Below, piece after piece: positions 26,795-36,163 of a DNA stretch of 64,000 nt. Under the pieces are notes generated by a model, which was given only the letters and a program-made list of their open reading frames with translations, searched no databases and was not told where the DNA came from. Every line of letters starts with the position of its first letter. Position 1 is the stretch's first letter. The DNA lies in NCBI GenBank assembly GCA_041662205.1, contig JBAZSZ010000001.1:295978-359977 (forward strand). Direction: 5' to 3'. The DNA comes from Minisyncoccota bacterium. Its GTDB lineage: Bacteria; Patescibacteriota; Minisyncoccia; Phycocordibacterales; UBA9973. Position numbers and translations under genes: made by a program.

Positions 26795-28531
26795 CTAAAA
26801 AAGTACAGCTTTAATACGTCGTATTCCGTGAGCCACTGCTTCTTCCTTTTGAATTTTAAATTTACCTAATTCACCAGTATTAGAAACATGCGGGCCACCG
26901 CAAAATTCTCTACTAAAATATCCGGTTTTTTCATCTCCTACGGAATAAACTTTAACCACTTCACCATATTTTTCGTTAAAAGAATGCGCGGCAATTTTCT
27001 CGGCATCAGCTTTAGGCATTTCTACAAAACTAACTGACAATTTCTCAGCAATTTTATCATTAACAATTTCTTCTACTTTTTTCTTTTCTTCTTCAGTCAT
27101 TTTTTGTATATGAGTAAAATCAAAACGCAATCGCTCCCCAGTAATATTACTCCCCTTTTGCATGACGTGATTGCCGAGAACCTGCTTGAGGGCAGCATTT
27201 AATAGATGTGTGGCAGTATGTAATTTTTTAGCTTCTTCTCCACTATCCGCCAATCCTCCCTTAAACATTCCAGCTGAAGCAGTTTGGGAAAGTTTCTGAT
27301 GCTCTGTCATTTTTTTATCAAAATCATCACGATCAATTACAATACCTTTTTCTTTTGCTAATTCTTCAGTAAGTTCTACTGGAAAACCATAAGTAGTGGA
27401 TAAAATAAAAGGATCAGTACCCTTTTCAAACTCTTTTAAACCCTGCAAAATTGTTTGATTAAATTTATTTGATTCATCTTTGATAACATTTTTTATATAC
27501 TCAGATTTTTCCTTAATATTTTTATATATATTTCCGTATTTTATTACAATCACATCTACTAAAGAAGAAACCTCAGCATCCTTCATTTTGTGTTCAGAAA
27601 AACAGAAAATTGCTCGACGTATTAATCTGCGAAGTACATAACCTTGATCTTTATTGGATGGAATCACACCATCAGAAATTAAAAACACACTAGCTCGAAT
27701 ATGGTCTGCGATAATTCTTTTTTTTCCTATATCTTGACCCACAGATATCAACACCGCACTAATATCAGAAAACAAATCAGTATCATATGCGGTTTTTTTC
27801 CCTTGCATCACAGCAGTAATTCTTTCTAGCCCAGCACCAGTATCTACATTTTTCTGTTTTAATTTCCCAATAACTTTTCCATCTTTCTTTTCAAATTCCA
27901 TAAAAACGTCATTCCAAATCTCTATAACATCTTCTTTCTTTACTGCACCTAAAAATTCTTCTTTAGATAAATCTCCAACGACACCAGACATATCGTAAAA
28001 CATTTCACTACAGGGCCCACATGGACCATTGTCTCCTGGGCTCCACCAATTATCATCCGCTGGTAAAGCATAAATACGATTTTCCGAAATACCCATACTC
28101 ATCCAAATATCTTTTGATTCTTGGTCAAATGGAGCATTTTCGTCACCTTCAAATATTGTAAAATATAAACGATTTGTATCTAATCCTAAGCCTTCTTCTT
28201 TAGAAGTTAGAAATTCATAGCTCCATTTTATAGCATCTTCTTTAAAATAATCCCCTAGAGACCAATTGCCCAACATTTCAAAAAAAGAAAAATGGCGATT
28301 GTCTCCAATATCATCCAAGTCTCCTGTACGCACACATTTTTGGACATTCACTAGTCTATTTCCCATTGGATGCACTTCTCCTAAAAGATAGGGTACGAGA
28401 GGTTGCATTCCGGCCGTATTAAACAAAACAGAAGGATCATTTTCTGGCACTAGTGAAGCCGAAGGAATAATTTTATGTCCTCGATTCTCAAAAAATTTTA
28501 AAAATTTTAATCTAATTTCATCTGATTGCAT
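26795..28531 (-). CDS. alaS: Alanine--tRNA ligase, shortened form lacking C-Ala domain
   Basis: N-terminal FLKFFENRGHKIIPSASLVP..., editing-domain HxxxH and CGGPHV motifs; 578 aa. Confidence 0.9.
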   Translation of the reverse strand: MQSDEIRLKFLKFFENRGHKIIPSASLVPENDPSVLFNTAGMQPLVPYLLGEVHPMGNRLVNVQKCVRTGDLDDIGDNRHFSFFEMLGNWSLGDYFKEDAIKWSYEFLTSKEEGLGLDTNRLYFTIFEGDENAPFDQESKDIWMSMGISENRIYALPADDNWWSPGDNGPCGPCSEMFYDMSGVVGDLSKEEFLGAVKKEDVIEIWNDVFMEFEKKDGKVIGKLKQKNVDTGAGLERITAVMQGKKTAYDTDLFSDISAVLISVGQDIGKKRIIADHIRASVFLISDGVIPSNKDQGYVLRRLIRRAIFCFSEHKMKDAEVSSLVDVIVIKYGNIYKNIKEKSEYIKNVIKDESNKFNQTILQGLKEFEKGTDPFILSTTYGFPVELTEELAKEKGIVIDRDDFDKKMTEHQKLSQTASAGMFKGGLADSGEEAKKLHTATHLLNAALKQVLGNHVMQKGSNITGERLRFDFTHIQKMTEEEKKKVEEIVNDKIAEKLSVSFVEMPKADAEKIAAHSFNEKYGEVVKVYSVGDEKTGYFSREFCGGPHVSNTGELGKFKIQKEEAVAHGIRRIKAVLF

Positions 28532-28537
28532 ATAACT

Positions 28538-29023
28538 TTATTTCTTTGGTTGATCTATCCCTTCAGAAATTTTCCTAATAGGTTTTTCAATTATATTTAT
28601 TAAAATTAATATTGAAAGTACTAGGATAGTAACAAGAATTGCTAAATTATAAAATCCAAAACCAGCAGCCATACCGATACCTGCAGTCACCCAAAGTCCA
28701 CCAGCCGTAGTGAGACCCCGAAGCTGGGAACCATAAAGCATTATCGAACCAGCCCCCAGAAAACCAATACCCACAACAATTTGAGATGGAATCATCGTCG
28801 GACTAAGACCAGGAAAATTAATATATTTTTGAATCATCGCTTCTGAAATTAATACAAAAACTGCTGAACCCAAAGAAACCAGAGCGTGCGTTTTCATCCC
28901 AGCATCTTTGTGGACGAAAAATCTTTCTGCTCCTACTAAAAGACCTAGACCTACTGCTGTCACCAATTTTAAAATAACTTCACTATTTTGTATAAAAAAT
29001 TGTTCCATTGAATGATTATACAA
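28538..29023 (-). CDS. MgtC/SapB family membrane protein
   Basis: GLGLLVGAERFFVHKDAGMKTHALV and RGLTTAGGLW signature. Confidence 0.75.
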   Translation of the reverse strand: MYNHSMEQFFIQNSEVILKLVTAVGLGLLVGAERFFVHKDAGMKTHALVSLGSAVFVLISEAMIQKYINFPGLSPTMIPSQIVVGIGFLGAGSIMLYGSQLRGLTTAGGLWVTAGIGMAAGFGFYNLAILVTILVLSILILINIIEKPIRKISEGIDQPKK

Positions 29024-30224
29024 CTACCCCGCCACCCAAGCAAATATCACCATCATAAATAACACAAGATTGACCGGAGGCAACCATGATCGGCTTTTTA
29101 AAAATTACTTTTGCCCTTCGACTACGCTCAGGACCTTCGGCGGCTTCAATTATGCATGATAAAAACTCTCCATGATAACGAATCTGTGCAGTGTAGTTTT
29201 TATTTTCTTTTGGAACTTCAGAAATCCAATTTACATTACTCAAATCTACAGAATCCCAAGCAACGCTTTCTGCGGTATTCGCAACTAAAGCTCGGTCAGC
29301 CATGTTCAAGATAGAGTGCGAGCCGTGAGAAAGCAACTGCTTTGGATTTTGTGACACATATAAAATATTCTTTTTAATGTCTTTACCAAATACATAATAA
29401 GCTCCATCTGTTGGTATTTTTTTTGTAATGGTAAAACCATGCCTTTCTCCAAGAGTATAAAAAACTACTCCATAATGATGACCAATTTCTTCCCCTATTT
29501 CATTTAACACCTTGCCTTTTTTTTCTTTTATATAATGTTTCAAAAATTCTTTTAAATCAACTGCTCCTAAAAAACAAATACCTTGACTGTCTTTTTTTTG
29601 TGCAACCAAAAGCTTGAATTTTTTTGCTAATTTTCTCACTTCAGTCTTTTTTAGATGACCTATAGGGAATAAAATTTTCTTCAATTGTTCTTGTCTCAGC
29701 GTCCACAAAAAATAACTTTGATCTTTAGAAGAATCTTCCCCTTTCGCAAGATAAAAAGATATGCCTTTTTCGGTACTCGCAACCAAAGCTCGGTCAGCCA
29801 TGTTCAAGATAGAGTGCGAGCCGTGAAAAGGTATTATCTTTTTATCTTGCGCATAATGCCCAGTAGCCACAAAGTCAGCTCCCATAGAAATAGCTTTTTT
29901 TAGAAAAGCTCCAAATTTCACTTCTTTATTACACATCACATCTGGGTTCGGAGTTCGTCCGAGTTTATATTCACTAATCATATAATCCGCCACTTCTTTC
30001 TTATAAACATCTTCAAAATCAAAAGTAAGAAATGGTATATCTAGAGCTGCTGCCACCCGCATCGCATCCATGCGTTCTTCTTCTTCGTTGCAAACTAAAA
30101 AATCTGGGTGCCAAGTTTTAATAAAAACTCCCACGACTTCATAACCTTGTTTTTTCAACAATGCTGCACTAACTGCCGAGTCAACACCACCAGACAAACC
30201 AACAAAGACTACTTTCTTTTTCAT
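29016..30224 (-). CDS. mnmA: tRNA-specific 2-thiouridylase MnmA, carrying two in-frame copies of a 48-bp repeat
   Basis: VVFVGLSGGVDSAVSA PP-loop, DSQGICFLG catalytic Cys region, C-terminal CLGGGVV. Confidence 0.9.
   Translation of the reverse strand: MKKKVVFVGLSGGVDSAVSAALLKKQGYEVVGVFIKTWHPDFLVCNEEEERMDAMRVAAALDIPFLTFDFEDVYKKEVADYMISEYKLGRTPNPDVMCNKEVKFGAFLKKAISMGADFVATGHYAQDKKIIPFHGSHSILNMADRALVASTEKGISFYLAKGEDSSKDQSYFLWTLRQEQLKKILFPIGHLKKTEVRKLAKKFKLLVAQKKDSQGICFLGAVDLKEFLKHYIKEKKGKVLNEIGEEIGHHYGVVFYTLGERHGFTITKKIPTDGAYYVFGKDIKKNILYVSQNPKQLLSHGSHSILNMADRALVANTAESVAWDSVDLSNVNWISEVPKENKNYTAQIRYHGEFLSCIIEAAEGPERSRRAKVIFKKPIMVASGQSCVIYDGDICLGGGVVV
29277..29325. repeat. Direct repeat copy 1 (about 48 bp) inside mnmA encoding HGSHSILNMADRALVA
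   Basis: near-identical to 29775-29825. Confidence 0.8.
29775..29825. repeat. Direct repeat copy 2 inside mnmA
   Basis: near-identical to 29277-29325 (AAAGCTCGGTCAGCCATGTTCAAGATAGAGTGCGAGCCGTGA). Confidence 0.8.
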
Positions 30225-30233
30225 AGGTTAAAC

Positions 30234-30761
30234 TTACAATTCCATCAGCTTTTTGTAAAGCTCAAAAGTAGCGCGCGCATCTGAAAGAGCATTGTGTGGT
30301 CGCTCATTTTTAATACCAAAATACAAACACAATTCTCTTAAAGAAAAATGTTCAAAATCTTTATCGTTATGAAGTCTCGCCCAAGCGACAGAAATAGTAT
30401 CTAATTTATGATAATGCATAGTATTTAGAATCTCTGTTTTATTAAATACATATTCTAAAAATCCTGCATCAAAAGCGACATTGTGGCCCACCATAATGCA
30501 GTCTTTTACTTTTTTAGAAAGAATTTCTATTGCTTTTTTCAGACTAATTGCTTCTTTCCAATCTTGAATATTATAATGATTCACTTTTATAGCAACAGGA
30601 TCAGCATTATGAATGTGCTCTGGTATAATTTTTAATTCAAATTCTTCTAATACTTCCAGGGTAGGCGACGTAAGCACGCAACCGATTTCGATAATCTCAT
30701 GTTTAAGTAAATTAAGACCAGTGGTTTCTATGTCAATAAAAGCAAAATTATGTTTTCTCAT
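30234..30761 (-). CDS. DEDDh 3'-5' exonuclease (DnaQ/epsilon-like)
   Basis: FAFIDIETTGL (Exo I), HNVAFD (Exo II), HNALSDARAT (Exo III). Confidence 0.8.
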   Translation of the reverse strand: MRKHNFAFIDIETTGLNLLKHEIIEIGCVLTSPTLEVLEEFELKIIPEHIHNADPVAIKVNHYNIQDWKEAISLKKAIEILSKKVKDCIMVGHNVAFDAGFLEYVFNKTEILNTMHYHKLDTISVAWARLHNDKDFEHFSLRELCLYFGIKNERPHNALSDARATFELYKKLMEL

Positions 30762-30797
30762 GTTTTTTTATTTGATTTAGTAAAATCACCTACCAAG

Positions 30798-31739
30798 TTA
30801 AATATTAGTTAAATATTTTTTTATATTTGCACGATGCTCAGCAAAAGTTTTTGCATAATATATTTTACCATTTTTATCATGAAGATAATAAAAGTAAGGT
30901 GAGCTTTGTGGATGAATAGCTGCTAATATCGCAGCAAGACCTGGATTCCCTATCGGGCTTTTTGGTAATCCTTTTGTTTTATAGGTCAAGGGAGCAGCAT
31001 CTACTTGAAGAGGCATTCCTTTAGAGATTCTTTTCCATAAGATTCCGGAAATTATTTCCCGATCCATGTCACCTTTTGATTCTTTTTCAATAATTGAGGC
31101 CATGATAATGATATCCTTTTCAGACTTACCAGATAAGGTAATCTCTGGAAGCAGAGGAGTAATTTTTTTATTAAAATTTTCAGTCATTGATTTTATGACA
31201 TTGGTTTCGTTTGCATTAGTAAAGAAAAAATAAGTATCAGGAAAAAGATACCCTTCTAAGTCTTTAGCTCCAACAAAAAATTTGGCCTTATCAAAATTTT
31301 CTAATTTTAAAGAAGCAATATCTCCAATTTGTTTTATATCAAAACCCTCTGGAATCGTTATCACTACGGGTACAGTTCGATGTTCACCTCCAGTGATACG
31401 TCTAGCAATTTCAAAAACAGATAATTTCTTTTCAAATAAATAATCAGCAGATATTATATGTTTTTCTCCTCCATAAATCATTACAAAAAATTCAAATATT
31501 TGCATTGAGGAAATTACATGCTCTTGTTTTAGTTGTAAGGACACACTCCGCAAGCTCACCCCAGTTTCTATTTTTATTACATTATTAACTGGAAAATCCG
31601 ACGGCGCGGTAAAAAATAGAAAATAAAAAAAAGCTAAAAAAATAACAACACCTAATATATGAAAAATATTTTTGTTCTGCATATATTTATATTGGCAAAT
31701 TTGTTGGAGGAGAAGCTTCTTTGGACTCAATACGTTCAA
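30798..31739 (-). CDS. mltG: Endolytic murein transglycosylase MltG (YceG family)
   Basis: N-terminal TM, C-terminal KGLPKSPIGNPGLAAILAAIHP...YYLHD..G...FA.T..EH. Confidence 0.8.
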   Translation of the reverse strand: MNVLSPKKLLLQQICQYKYMQNKNIFHILGVVIFLAFFYFLFFTAPSDFPVNNVIKIETGVSLRSVSLQLKQEHVISSMQIFEFFVMIYGGEKHIISADYLFEKKLSVFEIARRITGGEHRTVPVVITIPEGFDIKQIGDIASLKLENFDKAKFFVGAKDLEGYLFPDTYFFFTNANETNVIKSMTENFNKKITPLLPEITLSGKSEKDIIIMASIIEKESKGDMDREIISGILWKRISKGMPLQVDAAPLTYKTKGLPKSPIGNPGLAAILAAIHPQSSPYFYYLHDKNGKIYYAKTFAEHRANIKKYLTNI

Positions 31740-33030
31740 GTGTAGGAACTTTCAAGATCTGACCTGGGAAGTGCCAAATAGTCGCCAACTCTTCTACATT
31801 TAAAACATAAGTATCATGATGAGCATATGCATTAATCACGGAATCAAGAGGCCATTTCCAAACATGCTTAGAAAAAAGATGATGTCGAAGCGGAAGATGA
31901 AAAAAAGCGCGTTCACGGTATTCATGTAGCATTCTGTTTGCCAACATCATCACTGTTTCTGCAGATGCGGAAAATATACCACTATAGAAATCCGCCTGAG
32001 CTGAATTTATACGATAAAATTCATTACAGTCCGGCTTGGCATATTGGCGAAACAGAAGACGCATGTTTCTTCTATTGCTCATATCATATACTTCTTTTTT
32101 GGCTATATACATTATTCGAACACCAGTCTCAAATCCTACCTTAGAAGTCTTGGCAGATATTGCTGTGACCATATTTTTATAAACATCAGGGGTACGAATT
32201 TCTATTCTTGCACCCTCATCTTTGACAGCAGTAAATGGCTTTAATATGTTAAATATTTCTTTTTTAGACTCTTCTACCCAGCTATGTGGAACATTGTCGG
32301 TACTTGGTTTTGGTGTAATAACAATCTGAATCCATGCCTGCTCCCCCTTTTTGAGCGAACCAAAAAATTCTACCACTGGGGAGATGGGGTCAACTTTAAA
32401 TTCTTCTTTAGGATCTTTGTCTAAGCCGAAATCAACGTATGTTTTGATAGGATAAGCCTGATGTTTTGTCAGCTTAAACTCACATCCCCAGCCGTTCCAA
32501 GAACTTTTAGGAGAAATATCATCCACTGCTAAAGTATAATCTTCTACGACTTTCACCTGAGCCTGAGGATATTGCGCGTACATTTGGGTTTCGATAAGGT
32601 CTTTAATACGGGTCGGGGTGCGAATATAAAAATGCACCTGTCCCTCAAGAGAAACAATTTCCAATGAAAACCAAAGCCACACGGCTCCCTGCCACCACTC
32701 TTCCTTGCCTCCTTTTATACTCCAGTGATAAAGGGCATTAGTAAAGAAAAGCTCCATCGCTTTCGGACTTCGCAATACCTCACGCGGAGGCACTATTTCA
32801 AGCAATACATAATCTATGCCAGAAATAAAATCCTGCTGAACATAATGCAACCAAAGCTTCCAAGCGAGCCACCCTAAAAAAATTGTCCCAGCCAAAGCCA
32901 AAACTCCTATTACCGCATTATATTTCCACACAAAATAACCTAAGATTATAACAATAATCCAGAGCCAAGATTCTTTTATAAAATTAAAAATAGATACTTC
33001 TATACTCGGTCCTACTTTTGCTTCCGCCAT
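31687..33030 (-). CDS. Membrane protein of unknown function (2 N-terminal TM helices plus large soluble domain)
   Basis: 447 aa; hydrophobic segments at about residues 20-60; no recognised motif. Confidence 0.4.
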   Translation of the reverse strand: MAEAKVGPSIEVSIFNFIKESWLWIIVIILGYFVWKYNAVIGVLALAGTIFLGWLAWKLWLHYVQQDFISGIDYVLLEIVPPREVLRSPKAMELFFTNALYHWSIKGGKEEWWQGAVWLWFSLEIVSLEGQVHFYIRTPTRIKDLIETQMYAQYPQAQVKVVEDYTLAVDDISPKSSWNGWGCEFKLTKHQAYPIKTYVDFGLDKDPKEEFKVDPISPVVEFFGSLKKGEQAWIQIVITPKPSTDNVPHSWVEESKKEIFNILKPFTAVKDEGARIEIRTPDVYKNMVTAISAKTSKVGFETGVRIMYIAKKEVYDMSNRRNMRLLFRQYAKPDCNEFYRINSAQADFYSGIFSASAETVMMLANRMLHEYRERAFFHLPLRHHLFSKHVWKWPLDSVINAYAHHDTYVLNVEELATIWHFPGQILKVPTLERIESKEASPPTNLPI

Positions 33031-33076
33031 TAGTATATTTTAATACATATGCATTAAAATAACAAAGAAAAAACTT

Positions 33077-34108
33077 TTACGCTATAGTATAAAATCCGTT
33101 TTTGTTTTTCTTGAAATATTTTGAATTAGCGAGATTCACTAAAATAGTATTCTTTTTGAAATATCTTTCTTTCATCACCCTTTTTACTATCTCATCCTTT
33201 GATAAGGGCTCCCCTTCTTTTTTAAGAATATCTTGGATGACTTCACGAGCAATACCTGACTTATAACCCCATTCAGCAAGAGCATATATTCCTCTACCAA
33301 CTAAAATAAAACGAGAATCTTTTATGAGCTCATTGTGACAAGTGGCGTAATGTATTTTTTTACCAAAAGTTTTAGAAATGGAATCTGCAACTTCTTTAAA
33401 ATGCATTGGCGAACCGTGACGTCTCATTATCAAAAAAGCATAATCTTTAACTCCCCGAGTACGAATATTCGGAGAAGAAGCCTTACCCCATTCTCCTAAT
33501 TCATTTTTGGCAATAGTCTTAGAAATAGAAAGCCATCTTTTAGCCATCTCTTCATTTTTATATTCTTCAGATATATCTTTCATGTGATCAAGGAACTTTT
33601 TTATCATTTCTGTTTCTGGAATCAGATCTTCATCTTTAAGACTTGCATAAAGTTTCCGAAGAGCCTCATGGACTTTATTGGCCATAGCATCATCGACACT
33701 GTAGCGAGTATGAAAATGTTCATCTTCACGATGTTTTTTAAAAACATCAGCTAATACCAAGAAAAAATTGATATGATTTTGGGTATTTTTATCTTTAGAA
33801 ATGTAAGGCAAAAATTCATGTTCGGCGACAATAGATCCTAAGTTGTGAACTATCTGCCTTAACTCATCAAAAATAGCTTGCTCATCTTTATAAGCATCAG
33901 ACTTTTTAATAAGATTAATGGCTGCCTCTTCAACTTGACGAACACGTTCCCTTGTAATTTTATATTTTTTTCCAATCTCTTCGAGAGTTTTTTTGCTACC
34001 ATCGGGAGTTAAACCAAAACGATTCATAATAACGTCCAAGGTACGATTGGGTAAATGTGAAGTTATTTTTTTGGTTATTTTTTGAGGTTTAAAAGTTATC
34101 GTTGACAT
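33077..34108 (-). CDS. Protein with N-terminal sigma-70 region-4-like HTH and C-terminal HARE-HTH domain
   Basis: TLEEIGKKYKITRERVRQVEEAAI (sigma r4.2-like); C-terminal HFKEVADSI...DSRFILVGRGIYALAEW matches HARE-HTH (..SRF..VGRG.Y.L.EW). Confidence 0.55.
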   Translation of the reverse strand: MSTITFKPQKITKKITSHLPNRTLDVIMNRFGLTPDGSKKTLEEIGKKYKITRERVRQVEEAAINLIKKSDAYKDEQAIFDELRQIVHNLGSIVAEHEFLPYISKDKNTQNHINFFLVLADVFKKHREDEHFHTRYSVDDAMANKVHEALRKLYASLKDEDLIPETEMIKKFLDHMKDISEEYKNEEMAKRWLSISKTIAKNELGEWGKASSPNIRTRGVKDYAFLIMRRHGSPMHFKEVADSISKTFGKKIHYATCHNELIKDSRFILVGRGIYALAEWGYKSGIAREVIQDILKKEGEPLSKDEIVKRVMKERYFKKNTILVNLANSKYFKKNKNGFYTIA

Positions 34109-34114
34109 ATATTT

Positions 34115-35926
34115 TTATCTTTTTGATTTAGCTCTATCTAGCTCAGTTAAAAATCTTTTACGAAGTCTGACAGATTTTGGTGTAATTTCTAAATATTCAT
34201 CTCCATTCATAACCTCTAGGCCTCGCTCGATGCTCAAAGTAAAAACTGGATTCAGAGTTATTGCTTCATCAGTACCAGAAGCTCGCATATTAGTAAGCTG
34301 TTTACCCTTTGTAGGATTAACAGACATGTCATCTCCTTTCAGAACATTACCAACAACCATCCCTTCGTAAACATCTGTTCCATGACCTATATACAGTATA
34401 CCACGTTCTTGCAAGTTTGCAAGAGAAAAAGCCACTGCCTTGCCAGAAACCATAGAAGCCATAGAGCCATACTCTCTTTTTTTTATTTCTCCAGCGTATT
34501 CTCTAAAGCCGGTAACTCTCGAACTCATTATTCCTTCTCCTTTTGTGTCTATAATAAATTCACTACGATAACCTAAAAGTCCACGAGTCGGTATATCAAA
34601 AATAACCCTTGCAATACCTTCTTTTTCCACCATGTCTTTCATAATACCTCGTCTTTTGCCAATTTTTTCTATGACACTCCCAGAAAATTCCATTGGAACA
34701 TCTATCACTAATTCTTCATAAGGCTCTGTCTTTATTCCATCTTTTTCTTTTATAATAACTTCTGGCTGAGAAACTTGCATTTCAAAACCTTCTCTTCGCA
34801 TATTTTCTAACAATATTGCAATATGCAATTCTCCTCGGCCATATACTTTAAAAAATGAAGGGCCTACTTGCTGACTATTTTTACTGTCTTGATCTGGAGA
34901 AAAATCAACTTTAAGTCCAACGTTTATTTCTAATTCTTTTTCTAGTCTCTCTTTGATTTGTCTGGATGTGACAAACTTGCCTTCAAGGCCCGCAAAAGGA
35001 GAATCGTTTACTAAAAAATTAAGGGAAAGGGTTGGTTCATCAATAGCGATGTGGGGCAATATTTCTACAGTTTCATCTTCGCATATTGTTTCCCCAATAT
35101 AAATATCTGGAATTCCAGCCAAGAGAACAATATCACCTGAAGTAGCAGAATTTGTTTCTTTTCTATTTATACCCTCAAAAATAAAAAGCTTTGTAATTTT
35201 TCCTTTACGTGTTCCATTTTCCCCTTTTACAAAAACCTGACTACCTGATGTTATTTTTCCAGAATAAATTCTAGCCACTGCCATTCTGCCTAAAAAATTA
35301 TCATAGCCCAAATTAAAAACTTGCGCGGACATTTTTTTTTCTTCATTAATGGAAGCTGAAGAAACTTTTTCTAATATTAAATCGAGTAAAGGAGAAAGGT
35401 CGGCAGACTCATCACCTAGATTTCTAAACGCTTTTCCTTGTCGTCCAATTGCATAGATTGTTTCAAAGTTTGCTTGCTCTTCATTTGCGCCTAATTCAAA
35501 AAATAACTCCAAAATTTCTTCGTGTACTTTGTGCGGATCAGCTGCTGGCTTGTCTATTTTGTTTATGACCACTATCGGCTTGAGGCCTAATTCTAAAGAT
35601 TTTTTTAGAACAAATCTAGTCTGGGGCATTGGTCCCTCCGCTGCATCTACCAACAACAACACGGAATCTATCGCGCGTAAAACACGCTCTACCTCTGAAC
35701 CAAAATCCGCGTGTCCAGGAGTATCCACAATATTTATCTTCGTATCCTTATAGTAGATAGAAGTATTTTTAGAATAAATAGTAATACCACGCTCTTTTTC
35801 TAGATCGTTTGAGTCCATTGAAAGTCCCTCATCTTGGAGACCACCATTTTGCTTCATCAAGGCATCAGTCAAAGTAGTCTTGCCGTGATCCACATGAGCT
35901 ATTATTGCTATATTTCTAATTTCCAT
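34115..35926 (-). CDS. typA: Translational GTPase TypA/BipA
   Basis: IRNIAIIAHVDHGKTTLTDALM G1 motif, 603 aa, EF-G-like domain order. Confidence 0.92.
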   Translation of the reverse strand: MEIRNIAIIAHVDHGKTTLTDALMKQNGGLQDEGLSMDSNDLEKERGITIYSKNTSIYYKDTKINIVDTPGHADFGSEVERVLRAIDSVLLLVDAAEGPMPQTRFVLKKSLELGLKPIVVINKIDKPAADPHKVHEEILELFFELGANEEQANFETIYAIGRQGKAFRNLGDESADLSPLLDLILEKVSSASINEEKKMSAQVFNLGYDNFLGRMAVARIYSGKITSGSQVFVKGENGTRKGKITKLFIFEGINRKETNSATSGDIVLLAGIPDIYIGETICEDETVEILPHIAIDEPTLSLNFLVNDSPFAGLEGKFVTSRQIKERLEKELEINVGLKVDFSPDQDSKNSQQVGPSFFKVYGRGELHIAILLENMRREGFEMQVSQPEVIIKEKDGIKTEPYEELVIDVPMEFSGSVIEKIGKRRGIMKDMVEKEGIARVIFDIPTRGLLGYRSEFIIDTKGEGIMSSRVTGFREYAGEIKKREYGSMASMVSGKAVAFSLANLQERGILYIGHGTDVYEGMVVGNVLKGDDMSVNPTKGKQLTNMRASGTDEAITLNPVFTLSIERGLEVMNGDEYLEITPKSVRLRKRFLTELDRAKSKR

Positions 35927-36074
35927 ATTTTTTATTTATATTTTTATCTTAACGAAACAAAAAAGCCCTAAGGCCTTTTTGAAATATATTTTATAATAAC
36001 ATTGTTTTTTGTAAACAACAAGTCTAAAAATAAAAAGATGCAAAAAATATAATTTTGTGTTAATTTATATTCAT

Positions 36075-36160
36075 GCGTCGGTGGTAGAGCGGTCAAATAC
36101 AAGGGACTGTAAATCCCTCGCCTTCGGGCTACGAAGGTTCGAATCCTTCCCGGCGCACCA
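36075..36160 (+). tRNA. tRNA-Tyr (anticodon GTA), class II long variable arm, CCA encoded
   Basis: acceptor GCGTCGG/CCGGCGC, anticodon stem AGGGA/TCCCT, loop CTGTAAA, T-loop TTCGAATC. Confidence 0.85.
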
Positions 36161-36163
36161 GAG

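Noticed and set aside
29111-29314. Plus-strand ORFs (29111-29314, 29685-29903) reading through the mnmA repeats
   Set aside because: Antisense to a conserved, intact mnmA. They arise because the GC-rich repeat lacks stops in several frames.
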